Part shown: positions 48,670 to 58,339 of the stretch, piece by piece
Position numbering within the stretch: the stretch's first letter is position 1
Layout of the letters: every line of letters starts with the position of its first letter
Virus record (IMG/VR): IMGVR_UViG_3300008448_000001
Location: 140,795 to 204,794 of that record
DNA: 64,000 nt
Direction: 5' to 3' (one strand)
The notes under the pieces: generated by a model
Databases searched by the model: none
Told to the model about the DNA's origin: nothing
What the model saw: only the letters and a program-made list of their open reading frames with translations
Program-made: the position numbers and the translations under genes

Positions 48670-48835
48670 CCCGTACAAACTGTGCAAAGAACGCTGGAGC
48701 AAGTGCATTCAGCATTTACCGAGCGTCAAGGCAAAAACCAAGCAAGCCAAACGCAAGTTTAGAAGGCTTGAAAAGGATGCTTTGAGAAAAGAGAAAGAGC
48801 CTCCGATTAGTATTTCAGCAGGGGATCGCTACTAA
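48662..48835 (+). CDS. small basic protein
   Basis: ATG 48662; K/R-rich. Confidence 0.5.
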   Translation: MPSPYKLCKERWSKCIQHLPSVKAKTKQAKRKFRRLEKDALRKEKEPPISISAGDRY

Positions 48836-48887
48836 AAAACGCAAAGTCTAGCGTATTAATTTCTCGAACAGTAACACGAGTTGAAAC

Positions 48888-49121
48888 ATGCGAATACCTG
48901 ATGAAACGAAACGAAACATTTTGCAGCGACTAGGCTACAAGCGAGAGAAAAGCAGTGCCGACACAAACCGTGAGCTGGTAGAGCGTTGGCGACATCGGGA
49001 CTGCCCTCGGAACACCAAAGGCTTGTCGCTTCTGTCTGTTTGGCGGCACATCGTTCGGCACCGATTTGTAAGAGTCGACCGACGATCCCGCAGTATCCGG
49101 TTTTGGTGGGATGAAGATTAA
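48888..49121 (+). CDS. small basic protein
   Basis: 77 aa ORF. Confidence 0.5.
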   Translation: MRIPDETKRNILQRLGYKREKSSADTNRELVERWRHRDCPRNTKGLSLLSVWRHIVRHRFVRVDRRSRSIRFWWDED

Positions 49122-49135
49122 AAGAAAGAAGTTAA

Positions 49136-49396
49136 ATGTTGCTTCACATTGCAGCGAAAGACATACGTGTTGGCGACGAGGTCTACAATAAACACGCTAC
49201 ACACCCTGCTTTCCAGTGGATAAGGGTGAGGAAGATTACGCCGAAGCAAATAACCGTGACACTCGAAGGCGGAAGTACTAAAGAAGTGAAAGGATTTGAG
49301 TTCGACTGCGGAGCTTACACTTTCACGCTGATTGCCCGGCAAGGTTTTTCTGTCCGAAGACTCCCGGCTGACCCCGCATCTGTTTGTAATTATTGA
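49136..49396 (+). CDS. hypothetical protein
   Basis: AAKDIRVGDEV, SH3/KOW-like start. Confidence 0.55.
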   Translation: MLLHIAAKDIRVGDEVYNKHATHPAFQWIRVRKITPKQITVTLEGGSTKEVKGFEFDCGAYTFTLIARQGFSVRRLPADPASVCNY

Positions 49397-49407
49397 AAGG
49401 TAAAACT

Positions 49408-49794
49408 ATGGGTTTGAGCATGATGTTCGCAATCGCACCGATGTGCGAGATGACGGACGAAAGAAAAAACGCCGTGAAAGCGATCATTAAGACGCTTGTC
49501 GCTGAAGACTTCGAAGATTGCGCCGCTTTTCTTTACGACGCTAACGTCGACGAAAAACGCGAACAACTTTTTGAGTACGTTGTTGAGGTCTGCGGAAACT
49601 ACGAACAGCCGGCGAAAGACGTGGGTTGGCTTCGCATAGACCCCGTGAATTACCTTTTGGGTATCACAGGTGCCCCGTCGCACGGCGACTCGCCCACCGA
49701 CTCGTATGACGCTTTTAACGCGGTCAGCTGTATTGAGCAGGTTTTCGATCAGCTTACAACGTGGGCGATCGAAGATTCCAAGAAGGCTAGCTAA
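49408..49794 (+). CDS. hypothetical protein
   Basis: RBS AAGG; ITGAPSHGDSPTD motif. Confidence 0.65.
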   Translation: MGLSMMFAIAPMCEMTDERKNAVKAIIKTLVAEDFEDCAAFLYDANVDEKREQLFEYVVEVCGNYEQPAKDVGWLRIDPVNYLLGITGAPSHGDSPTDSYDAFNAVSCIEQVFDQLTTWAIEDSKKAS

Positions 49795-49813
49795 CGGGAA
49801 AAAGAATTACACG

Positions 49814-50332
49814 ATGTCAAAGTTCAAAGACTTATCAGAGCTCCTGGCTCATTTTCAAATCGAAAAGTGGGACATTTTGCTCATTGGAGACGGTTCGGGA
49901 TCGGCGACCGGACCTTGCGGTTGGGGGTGTCTTTCGATCGAGAAAGAAGGCCTGAAACGTACGGCATGGAGCGGAAGCTTGAGCGAGGGCACCGTAAATG
50001 TTGCCGAGTACATGGCTTACCTTCAACCGCTCATTCACTTCTCGCGACAGCAAACAAAAACTGCCAGCTGCAAGCACGTTCACATCTTCACCGATAGCCA
50101 GGTGGTTACAACCGCCAGTCCCAGCTTTATTTGCGGCAAGTTCTTGGCCGACTTCCTGGCGTTCGGTCTTATTGTTAAAACGCATTGGTTGCCACGCGAA
50201 ACGCTGCAAGGAAACAGGCTGGTCGACAAGATCAGTAAGTACGCTCGCGCCGACGCTAAAGATGCCCAGTACGTTGAAAACGCCCTTTCGATAATGGGCA
50301 AGAAAGACATTTATGAAATCGAGCCTTCATGA
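49814..50332 (+). CDS. ribonuclease HI-like protein
   Basis: GDGSG...CGWG, TVNVAEYMA, IFTDSQVV, HWLPRE...GNRLVD (D-E-D-D catalytic set). Confidence 0.8.
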   Translation: MSKFKDLSELLAHFQIEKWDILLIGDGSGSATGPCGWGCLSIEKEGLKRTAWSGSLSEGTVNVAEYMAYLQPLIHFSRQQTKTASCKHVHIFTDSQVVTTASPSFICGKFLADFLAFGLIVKTHWLPRETLQGNRLVDKISKYARADAKDAQYVENALSIMGKKDIYEIEPS

Positions 50333-50571
50333 ACATTGAAGATCTTCTCGCGGAGTTGACAAACCCCGGGAGCAAAAAAGCAGTTCAAGCCGTCACCAAG
50401 CAAGAAGCAGTACCTGAGGCATTCGGCCCAGTTTTAAAGACGCTACCGTTGCGATCCAAAGACACAGTCTGCGGTATATGTCGCAGAAAGCTGACACCCG
50501 GAGATAAAAACTGGTGCCAAACAACTGAAACAACCAACTACTGGTGGTGCTGTTCTTGCGTTAAATCTTAG
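50329..50571 (+). CDS. zinc-finger protein
   Basis: CGIC...CCSC. Confidence 0.55.
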   Translation: MNIEDLLAELTNPGSKKAVQAVTKQEAVPEAFGPVLKTLPLRSKDTVCGICRRKLTPGDKNWCQTTETTNYWWCCSCVKS

Positions 50572-50582
50572 ATAGGAGCAAC

Positions 50583-50798
50583 ATGCTACCCAAATTCGGC
50601 GTCACGTCCGAAGGTAATGACGTAACTACCTCCGTACGCATAACAAAAATTCAAAACGGCTTTATCCTTCGCACTGGCGGAAAGCCGATACACTATCCTG
50701 AAATTGGTGCCTTGGCGGACGCGGTTCGCGAAGGCATAATGGCCATTGATTGGGAGGAGGCAAAAGATGAACGAAGCGATCGAAAACCTAAGAAATAG
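50583..50798 (+). CDS. hypothetical protein
   Basis: RBS AGGAG; ITKIQNGFI. Confidence 0.65.
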   Translation: MLPKFGVTSEGNDVTTSVRITKIQNGFILRTGGKPIHYPEIGALADAVREGIMAIDWEEAKDERSDRKPKK

Positions 50799-50882
50799 TC
50801 CGCACGCGTTAATAGCTTTCGCTTTTTTCGTTGCCGCAATATCGGCTCAGGCACTGGCCGCAGCGGAAAGAAAGGCAGACTA

Positions 50883-51434
50883 ATGCTGACGATCAAAGAA
50901 TTTTGCACTGCGAGACATGCTTGCCACGCAGGCCGCGAATGGGCCTTAGCGAATTGCACAGACATGCAGGATGTTTGGAACAAGCTACAGCCCGAATGGT
51001 TAATTTGGGTTGCTTTGCGACACGGTGTTTTAAGCGAAAAGGAGCTGCGGCTTTTTGCAGTCCATTGCGTAAGATCACTTGAACAGTTCTTAACCGATCC
51101 TCGGATCAACGAGTGCGTCAACGTTGCTGAAAAATTCGCCAACGGCGAAGCTTCGGTAACTGACCTAGAGCTAGTCAGGGAGGCAGCCGCGACAATGTTT
51201 AAAACGTTTGACGTTTACTCGACTTTTACCGCCAACTGGGGAAGGGCGGCGAACAAATTGGCCTACCTTTTGACTGGAAAACTTTTAATGCCGTTTAGCC
51301 TTGCGTCTCACGCGGCATATGCGTCTTTGGCTATCGCACGCACTTGGTATCTCGATCCGGAGAAGCCAGCCGCAATGCAGCTGGCCCAGGCTAAGTGGCT
51401 CCGCGAAAACACAAAACCTAACTTTGAGGCGTGA
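50883..51434 (+). CDS. helical protein, paralog family LRLFAV.CA (copy 1)
   Basis: ACHAGREWA, KELRLFAVHC, QAKWLRENTKPNFE. Confidence 0.75.
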   Translation: MLTIKEFCTARHACHAGREWALANCTDMQDVWNKLQPEWLIWVALRHGVLSEKELRLFAVHCVRSLEQFLTDPRINECVNVAEKFANGEASVTDLELVREAAATMFKTFDVYSTFTANWGRAANKLAYLLTGKLLMPFSLASHAAYASLAIARTWYLDPEKPAAMQLAQAKWLRENTKPNFEA

Positions 51435-51436
51435 TC

Positions 51437-52000
51437 ATGATTTTAACCGGAAGTGCGATTCAAAACGCGATTGAAAACGGCGATATCGATATAACACCGT
51501 ACCGCAAGGAGCAGCTTGGACCGAACTCGTACGATCTTCGGTTGAGCAAATTCATTGCTACAAGCATTAGCCCCTCGCTTGACGCGAAGAAGAAACCTGT
51601 TTTCGAAACCGAAATAATCCCGGTAGAGGGTTACCTGCTTCTACCGGGCCAGCTTTACCTCATGGCTACGCAGGAAGTAACACAAACTTCCAAGTACGTT
51701 CCATGTATCGAAGGTCGCTCTTCGATAGGTCGTCTCGGAATTAATGTGCACGCCACCGCGGGTTTCGGCGACATTGGCTTTCATGGCACGTGGACGTTGG
51801 AGGTCTCTTGCGTGATCCCTGTCCGAATTTACTCCGGAATGCGAATATGTCAAATTTACTTTTTTGAACCGCGTTTTCACGGTACAGCGCCAAGCCTTTA
51901 CAATGGAAAATACTTTGCGCAAGGCCTACCCCGCACAAGCGATGTATACCTTGAACAAGACGAGTGGCACACCGGCGGATCCGCGAATACTGGAGGTTAA
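51437..52000 (+). CDS. dcd: dCTP deaminase
   Basis: GPNSYDLRL, IEGRSSIGRLGI, TAGFGDIGFHGTWTLE, RICQIYF, YNGKY. Confidence 0.92.
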   Translation: MILTGSAIQNAIENGDIDITPYRKEQLGPNSYDLRLSKFIATSISPSLDAKKKPVFETEIIPVEGYLLLPGQLYLMATQEVTQTSKYVPCIEGRSSIGRLGINVHATAGFGDIGFHGTWTLEVSCVIPVRIYSGMRICQIYFFEPRFHGTAPSLYNGKYFAQGLPRTSDVYLEQDEWHTGGSANTGG

Positions 52001-52001
52001 A

Positions 52002-52220
52002 GTGGCACACAAATGGCAACCCGGCGACAGGATAACGCGAAACGTTTACATGGATGACGGGACTTTTAGTCGTGAAGGCGACAAGTGTTTACCGTTCAGC
52101 CCGAAATACCACGGCAAAGTGGTAAGACGCGCGACGCACCGAGACGACGAGGTAGTGGTTGTTTTTGACGGAACAACGCGTGAGAAGTGGTTTCTAGACC
52201 ACGGCTTACAGGCCGAATAA
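52002..52220 (+). CDS. small SH3-like protein
   Basis: GGAGG RBS before GTG 52002; WQPGDRI. Confidence 0.55.
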   Translation: MAHKWQPGDRITRNVYMDDGTFSREGDKCLPFSPKYHGKVVRRATHRDDEVVVVFDGTTREKWFLDHGLQAE

Positions 52221-52235
52221 ACCTTAGCTACACCG

Positions 52236-52260
52236 AACCCGCCGCGAGGCGGGTTTTTTT
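52236..52260 (+). terminator. rho-independent terminator
   Basis: AACCCGCC-GCGA-GGCGGGTT + T-run. Confidence 0.85.
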
Positions 52261-52271
52261 ATGGAGTTCTT

Positions 52272-52871
52272 ATGATTTCGATTGCAAAGTTTTGTGCCCG
52301 CAATTGTGCATGCCCGGAAGGCCGCGAATGGGCCTTAGCGAATTGCACAGACATGCAGGATGTTTGGAACAAGTTGGACGACGCCGAGTGGTTCCTTTGG
52401 GTTGCTTGTCAGCCCGGGGTTCTAACAGACAAAGAGCTGCAGCTGTTTGCGGTTTACTGCGCTCGCTCCGTTGAGCGATTCTTAACCGATTCGCGACTTA
52501 AGAAGGGCGTTAAAACTGCTGAAAGAATCCTGAACGGCAAGGCTGCGGTGGATGATTTGTTTAGCGACGAGAATTTCTTATTGAACACCTCTTTGGCAAT
52601 TGATTCGCCTGAGTTACACGCGAATAGAGCCGCGTGGGGGGTTATGCGGATCATGCTTCCGAAGAATTGTTACAAGGCTGCGGACGCTGACGAGATTGCC
52701 TGGGCATCAGCTTGGGCTGTTGCACGCGACGCCGAGAACAGCGAAGCCGAAAGCCAAGATTTGCTAAAAGGAGGAAACCCTTTGCGGGCCCGAGAAAGAG
52801 CCATGCAAGCCAATTTACAAGAAAAGGTCAAATGGCTTCGCGAAAACACAAAACCGAACTTTGAGGAATAG
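52272..52871 (+). CDS. helical protein, paralog family (copy 2)
   Basis: 55 nt identical to copy 1; ends KWLRENTKPNFEE. Confidence 0.75.
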   Translation: MISIAKFCARNCACPEGREWALANCTDMQDVWNKLDDAEWFLWVACQPGVLTDKELQLFAVYCARSVERFLTDSRLKKGVKTAERILNGKAAVDDLFSDENFLLNTSLAIDSPELHANRAAWGVMRIMLPKNCYKAADADEIAWASAWAVARDAENSEAESQDLLKGGNPLRARERAMQANLQEKVKWLRENTKPNFEE

Positions 52872-52873
52872 AC

Positions 52874-53614
52874 ATGTTAACGAAAGAAACAGTCGATATA
52901 ACGCTCGATTTCAAGCTGAGCCAGGATTACACCGTGTTCAACGCAGAAAGCTTTAAGGCTTTATGCGAAGAACATTTGCCGTGGACAAAAGGTCTGCCTG
53001 AGGGCTCGCCGCACCGGCCACCTGAAAACGCCATCAATCTCGGCGGTTTTCGCTTTTTCAATGCTGTTTATCCGTTTGAATCGGCTATCAGCGGAATCCT
53101 GAGAGAGCGACCGACGATGCGTAGAAACTGGCTTGAAGTCGAGCCAAAAAGCAGAAAAAGAATCGGGTTTTCCGCGAACGTCTTAATACCGCTTTTACAG
53201 AGTCCGCAAGGCATGCCCTGGATGAGTTTTACTCCCATGGAAATACGCACCCAGCGATCGCAAATTGCAAAAACAAAAGGCAAGACGGTGATCGCCGGAA
53301 TGGGTCTAGGCTGGTTTGCGTACCAGGTTTTACGGCGTTCTAAAGTAACCGAAGTAGTTATTATTGACCGGAACCAAGACGTCTTGAACTACTTCGGCGA
53401 AAAGCTGAAAGCCGTGTCCGACAAGCCGATAACCCTCGTGCACGAAAACGCGTACGACTTCGACTGGAAGAACGCCAATCTTGACGCTGCGGTTTGGGAC
53501 ATCTGGTCTACGTACACGTGTGCTGGATGTGACAGGAAGTATCTTGAAATCCGCGAAGAGCTATTGGCTGCGGGTAAAACCTGTACTCAATGGGGGACAT
53601 TGTCTCGTGCATAA
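52874..53614 (+). CDS. class I SAM-dependent methyltransferase (spermidine-synthase-like)
   Basis: WMSFTPME, VIAGMGLG, VVIIDRNQDV, DAAVWDIW. Confidence 0.75.
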   Translation: MLTKETVDITLDFKLSQDYTVFNAESFKALCEEHLPWTKGLPEGSPHRPPENAINLGGFRFFNAVYPFESAISGILRERPTMRRNWLEVEPKSRKRIGFSANVLIPLLQSPQGMPWMSFTPMEIRTQRSQIAKTKGKTVIAGMGLGWFAYQVLRRSKVTEVVIIDRNQDVLNYFGEKLKAVSDKPITLVHENAYDFDWKNANLDAAVWDIWSTYTCAGCDRKYLEIREELLAAGKTCTQWGTLSRA

Positions 53615-53741
53615 AGAATCGGGAGTCATTGTTTTTTTGTTCATTTTCGCTTTCGTGTTAATGCAAGTCGAAGCTTGTAGCGACAAAAACCGAAGAATTG
53701 AACGTGTCATACAACAGCAAAAATCAAGATAGGGTGATTCA

Positions 53742-54458
53742 ATGGTGCGAAATGTTGTTTTTGTTGAAGACGCTGCAGGATGGGTCGGCGTGTACATCGA
53801 CGGGCTAATCGAGGACGTAGCTTTAGAGTGGGACCCGCAAGATATTGCCGATCTATTGAACGGTGAAACGTGTACGATTTCTTTTACCCAAGACGATTCA
53901 GAATACGGAAGTCTCTTGTCGGACTGGCCAAGCCATCATGCGTGGCCGGTGACTGTCAGAACGTTTTTCGAGCGGCACGCTAGCCTTGGTGACGTATACC
54001 GGTGGGCGGAAGAAAATTGTACGGAGATGCAAGATGCTTGGGACAAACTGAAACCCTCGTGGCTAATCCGGGTTGCCCTTCAGCCAGGTGTTTTAAGCGA
54101 CAAGGAACTACGTCTTTTCGCGGTTCACTGCGCAAGATCGGCTGAGCATCTTTTAAAGGACGAAAGAACAACAAAAGCTATCGACGTTGCCGAGCTGTTT
54201 GCCAACGATAGCGCCACGGAGAACGAGTTAACCGAAGCCAGGGAGGGAGCTCGGCTTGTGCACTCTGAGACACGTCGCCCGGCACTTTTTGACGCTGCCT
54301 GGGCTTCGTGTGCGATGGAGGCTCGTGCCGCAGCAAAACACGCCTCGACCGCGGCTGCGTATGCCGCTGAAAACGGCAGCGACAACATGACATCGCAGGC
54401 CAAGTGGCTTCGCGAGAACACAAAACCTAACTTTGAAAGGACGAACACTTACGAATGA
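53742..54458 (+). CDS. fusion: acidic N-domain + paralog family (copy 3)
   Basis: GWVGVYIDG N-domain; KELRLFAVHCARS...QAKWLRENTKPNFE. Confidence 0.7.
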   Translation: MVRNVVFVEDAAGWVGVYIDGLIEDVALEWDPQDIADLLNGETCTISFTQDDSEYGSLLSDWPSHHAWPVTVRTFFERHASLGDVYRWAEENCTEMQDAWDKLKPSWLIRVALQPGVLSDKELRLFAVHCARSAEHLLKDERTTKAIDVAELFANDSATENELTEAREGARLVHSETRRPALFDAAWASCAMEARAAAKHASTAAAYAAENGSDNMTSQAKWLRENTKPNFERTNTYE

Positions 54459-54805
54459 TATCCAGAAAAGACTATATCGCAGGTAAGGCAACCCACCAAG
54501 CCTATTACGGGCAGTTCGTAAACAATACATACAAGACGCGTGTTTTGGGTCGCATCGGACTTAGTCAGCTGGTGGCGTCACGAGATCCGAGCTTCAACGA
54601 TATCCCCTTGGCCAAGTGGGAAGGAATAACTTCCCACGGCGGTTTAGCCGAGACAACGTCAAAAATGGAGGAGTGCGGCGATTATTTGACCCTCAACGGC
54701 CACATTTGCATTCTAAAAGAGGCCGCAAGGCAACTTGTCGAAGCTGATAAGGCCAATCGCTCGACAGCTGAAACGACCGAAACAAGCAACAATTTAGAAG
54801 GATAA
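54455..54805 (+). CDS. hypothetical protein
   Basis: HQAYYGQFV...FNDIPLAKW...CILKEAAR. Confidence 0.65.
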   Translation: MISRKDYIAGKATHQAYYGQFVNNTYKTRVLGRIGLSQLVASRDPSFNDIPLAKWEGITSHGGLAETTSKMEECGDYLTLNGHICILKEAARQLVEADKANRSTAETTETSNNLEG

Positions 54806-54809
54806 AACA

Positions 54810-56249
54810 ATGGCTGAAGCAAAATCCGTAAAAATTGGACCGGAGTTCTTTGCAAAAGAACTTCGAGAATACGCAAATTGGCGATGGGCTTTTGTTCGTG
54901 AGGCATTGCAAAACTGCATCGACGCACCGAGATGCAAAAACAGCTGGTTCAATGTCACCGAAGAAGACGGTTACACGATCGTTACCTGGGGTAACGACGG
55001 TAAGCACATGGATTTGGAAACAATTGAAAACAAGCTTTTTGCTTTAGGTGGCACCGGAAAAGGCTTCGAGGGAACAGTTGGCGGTTTTGGTAAGGCCAAA
55101 ACGCTGCTGTACTTCGCCCAAGAAAGCTACGAAATTATCACCGGTAACTTGCACGTTAAAGGCAGGGGCGGTGACTACACCGTAACGACAACTTCTGATG
55201 TCGCGAACACCATGTCAAAGGTCAAGATTAAAGGCCTTTTTGCGGATTCCTTGAGGGCACATGCGGAACGCTTTGTAAGCCTCGCACAGTGGTCCGGCAA
55301 CATCCGACTTGAAGGCGATTTAAGGTCTCCAGATTTACGCAAGGGGAAACACCGCAGAAGCTTAACTTTCGGCGAGGTCTATACGAACAACCACGAGAAG
55401 CAACTGCTGGTGGTTCGCATAAACGGCATTCCAATGTTTACTCGAAGTACGCAGCTGGACCGTTGCGTCGTTCTCGAGCTCAGCGGATCAAGCGTAGATC
55501 GCCTGACAAGCAATCGCGACGGTTTACTCGGTAAGTTCTCAGCGGAGCTTGATTCCTTTCTGACGGAGCTCGCCGTAGACCGGCGAAGTGCTTTGTCGCC
55601 GACCAGGCAAACGCGTGAGTTTTTCGGGGACACTCGAGTTGCTTGTCTGTTTGAAACGCAGCCTGCAAAAGAGGAAAGTGTTACCGAAGCAAGCGATAGC
55701 GCTGAGACGCTGCAAGAGTCTTCAGCACCCTTACGACATGTCCTGTTCGGTAGCTCTGCGAACTTGGCCGCCTCGCCGACTTGTTCCAACGCAAGGCGAG
55801 GCGTCGGAGAAATGCGGTTTGTTGTTTACAACAAGATGAGCCGACGAATCCCGAAGCGATTTCTTCCAGGTGAAAGCATGCAGCCGCACGCCAGGAAGCT
55901 TGCAGACACTTGGCGTAAAATCATGATTGAACTGCACCGTATCGCAAAAGTATCGGCAAGCTTCTCGATCGGTTTTGTTTTCGACGATGCTACTGAAGAC
56001 GCGACCTTGGCACAGCACGAGCTTCACGAAAACGAGAGCATCTATTACATCAACCCGGTGTTGCCGAATTTCAAGAAACGGTTTTCGGCAAAAGACAAGG
56101 ATTTACTGATCCTCGTGGCCGCGCACGAATTTGTGCACGGACAATACGGTCTTCGTTTTCACGATGAAGACTTTGCTTCGCGTTTAACTTTTTTTGCGGC
56201 GGAAGTGATGCAGAACCGAAGACAGTTTAATCATTGCTTTCGAACTTAA
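54810..56249 (+). CDS. GHKL (HATPase_c) ATPase with C-terminal HExxH domain
   Basis: REALQNCIDA, NDGKHMD, GGTGK, GGFGKAK; AAHEFVH...HDEDF. Confidence 0.8.
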   Translation: MAEAKSVKIGPEFFAKELREYANWRWAFVREALQNCIDAPRCKNSWFNVTEEDGYTIVTWGNDGKHMDLETIENKLFALGGTGKGFEGTVGGFGKAKTLLYFAQESYEIITGNLHVKGRGGDYTVTTTSDVANTMSKVKIKGLFADSLRAHAERFVSLAQWSGNIRLEGDLRSPDLRKGKHRRSLTFGEVYTNNHEKQLLVVRINGIPMFTRSTQLDRCVVLELSGSSVDRLTSNRDGLLGKFSAELDSFLTELAVDRRSALSPTRQTREFFGDTRVACLFETQPAKEESVTEASDSAETLQESSAPLRHVLFGSSANLAASPTCSNARRGVGEMRFVVYNKMSRRIPKRFLPGESMQPHARKLADTWRKIMIELHRIAKVSASFSIGFVFDDATEDATLAQHELHENESIYYINPVLPNFKKRFSAKDKDLLILVAAHEFVHGQYGLRFHDEDFASRLTFFAAEVMQNRRQFNHCFRT

Positions 56250-56278
56250 ACAGCAATTAAAGAAGGCTTAACCGCACA

Positions 56279-56503
56279 GTGACGAAACCGAAACCTGAAG
56301 AAATGTTAAAGCTGCTGCTAGTGCAGCAGCTTTCGGCGACCGAGTCGCAGGCCGAATTGATTTGGCTTGCTTTTGAAAGTTTTTGCCAGCGTCGGCTTCG
56401 CGAGGACTATCCGGACAGCGGCTATGCTGCAATCGTTCTGGACGGCGAAGGCGGAGAGATAATTGGCGTAGACCTGTATGACGACAGAGAAGGTGCCGAT
56501 TGA
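56279..56503 (+). CDS. hypothetical protein
   Basis: 74 aa in operon. Confidence 0.5.
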   Translation: MTKPKPEEMLKLLLVQQLSATESQAELIWLAFESFCQRRLREDYPDSGYAAIVLDGEGGEIIGVDLYDDREGAD

Positions 56504-56718
56504 AAAAAATAAAACAAGGAGACGAATTTACGCTAAAACGGTCAGACGGCTCTGTGCTCGAGTTTCGACGCGAAAAAGACGAACCGGAACCCGTGTTTCA
56601 GTGCGAGCGAATACGTGTTACGCATTTAAGTCATAACATGGGTCCAAACTTTAAACCGTACACTTTTGGCACGGAGCAGGAATGGTTTAAACAAAGAGGC
56701 TTAGTTGCCGAAGAGTAA
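56500..56718 (+). CDS. hypothetical protein
   Basis: Overlaps previous stop. Confidence 0.5.
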   Translation: MKKIKQGDEFTLKRSDGSVLEFRREKDEPEPVFQCERIRVTHLSHNMGPNFKPYTFGTEQEWFKQRGLVAEE

Positions 56719-56780
56719 GCAAGCTTTCAGAGGCAGACTTTGAAAAACAAAAAATAACTTCCAACGAAAGGCAATAACGC

Positions 56781-57335
56781 ATGAAACCTGAAGAACTAAA
56801 AGCAATCCTGGACGATCACGATAAGTGGTTGCGTAACGAGGGCGGCAAAAGGGCCTGCCTTGCCGGGGCCAACCTAAGCCGGGCCAACCTTGTCGGGGCC
56901 GACCTTCGCAGGGCCAACCTTGAATGGGCCAACCTTAGCGGGGCCGACCTTCGCGGGGCCAACCTTAGCCGGGCCAACCTTGAAGGGGCCAACCTTAGCG
57001 GGGCCAACCTTTGCGGGGCCAACCTTGAAGAGGCCAACCTTAGCGGGGCCAACCTTGGCGGCGCTGACCTTGACGAGGCTAATCTTATTGAGGCCGAAAT
57101 CGACGCTTCGATTTGCCGTATGGATTTTGGCGGATGGTCGATTTGCGTTTACGCAGACCGAACAGCTATCGGCTGCCAGCAGCGCATTAACGAGGACTGG
57201 TTAGCGTGGACGCCTGAAAGCGAAGAGATCAAGAAGATGCACGGCGATGCGTCTTCTTGGTGGGCTACGCACGGCGAAGCGGTTAAAGCGGTCATTAAGT
57301 GCGTGATGGCAAAAGCGAAAGGCGGTGACGCGTGA
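56781..57335 (+). CDS. pentapeptide repeat protein (copy C)
   Basis: [17 protein letters not shown]; ANL repeats; 78 nt identical to copy B. Confidence 0.9.
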   Translation: MKPEELKAILDDHDKWLRNEGGKRACLAGANLSRANLVGADLRRANLEWANLSGADLRGANLSRANLEGANLSGANLCGANLEEANLSGANLGGADLDEANLIEAEIDASICRMDFGGWSICVYADRTAIGCQQRINEDWLAWTPESEEIKKMHGDASSWWATHGEAVKAVIKCVMAKAKGGDA

Positions 57336-57592
57336 GCGAACAACTGTATTCCGTTGGGACATGGGATACGGACGCCCAAGCGTATACACCACAATTAGGT
57401 TTATCAGTACCTAGTTTTAATGTAAATCGTGAGCAACTACGAAAGGCAATGAAGGAATTGCGGAAAATGGGTTACAGCGTCCATCGCTACAGAGATAGCG
57501 ATGGTAGCTACGATGACAACGATTTTTTTGTTTTGATCGAACGAACAGACGGGGAAAGCGTTGCAAAAATTCTTGACAGTTGGAAACGATGA
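57332..57592 (+). CDS. hypothetical protein
   Basis: GTGA-coupled start. Confidence 0.6.
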   Translation: MSEQLYSVGTWDTDAQAYTPQLGLSVPSFNVNREQLRKAMKELRKMGYSVHRYRDSDGSYDDNDFFVLIERTDGESVAKILDSWKR

Positions 57593-57642
57593 AGCATGAG
57601 CAATTTGACTGATTCTACACAAGCAGCGAAAGGCGGTGACAC

Positions 57643-57858
57643 GTGAGCGCACCAACATTAGAGGAGCTTTTTGAGAAGTTCCGAAAGTTAAATCATCTTG
57701 CCCATGTCGCTCAAAGCGATGCGTTTGAGCAATACTTCCGTTTGGTTGCGAGCGGACAAGCAAAACCCGAACTTCGCGGCGAAAATGCAGTATTCGCTGC
57801 TCAATGCGTGGTTATTCTGTTTGAACACGTCAAGGCGATGGAAGCCAGTGACGCCTAG
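57643..57858 (+). CDS. hypothetical protein
   Basis: GTG start behind the repeated SD junction motif. Confidence 0.55.
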   Translation: MSAPTLEELFEKFRKLNHLAHVAQSDAFEQYFRLVASGQAKPELRGENAVFAAQCVVILFEHVKAMEASDA

Positions 57859-57905
57859 CTTTTACATTCACGATTAAAACTTCAAAGTCGAAAGGAAATG
57901 AAGCA

Positions 57906-58265
57906 ATGCTCACAGTAGGCATGTACAAAACACGGGACGGACGCGACGTCAAGATCGTTGCAGTCGAGGATAGGATTGCGATTGGGTACAGCGTCAAAGA
58001 AGGTATCAACAGTCTTACTACATGGAACGCGAACAACGGGCGATATTTCATCGATGGCGATTACCATCACAAAAACGACCTAATCGACACAAAGCCGCGA
58101 ATCAAGATGGAGGCCTGGGCGACGATCTACGAGGAATCGCATGCTGTCGTTTTCGCTGGCGGGGTGTACTCAACGAAAGAACAGGCACTGGAGAACATGC
58201 AGGAAGCGTGCATCGCCATCGCTCGTGTGCCTATCGATTGCGTGAGGGGAGAGAACCTTACGTAA
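57906..58265 (+). CDS. hypothetical phage protein
   Basis: YKTRDGRDVKIV...WNANNGRY...NDLI motif common in phage early proteins. Confidence 0.7.
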   Translation: MLTVGMYKTRDGRDVKIVAVEDRIAIGYSVKEGINSLTTWNANNGRYFIDGDYHHKNDLIDTKPRIKMEAWATIYEESHAVVFAGGVYSTKEQALENMQEACIAIARVPIDCVRGENLT

Positions 58266-58339
58266 CTCGGCGATGAAGAGTTAAACCCAACGGTTAAGCA
58301 GATGGTAATTACGGTGTTCGAAATTTATTTTACTGGGAG

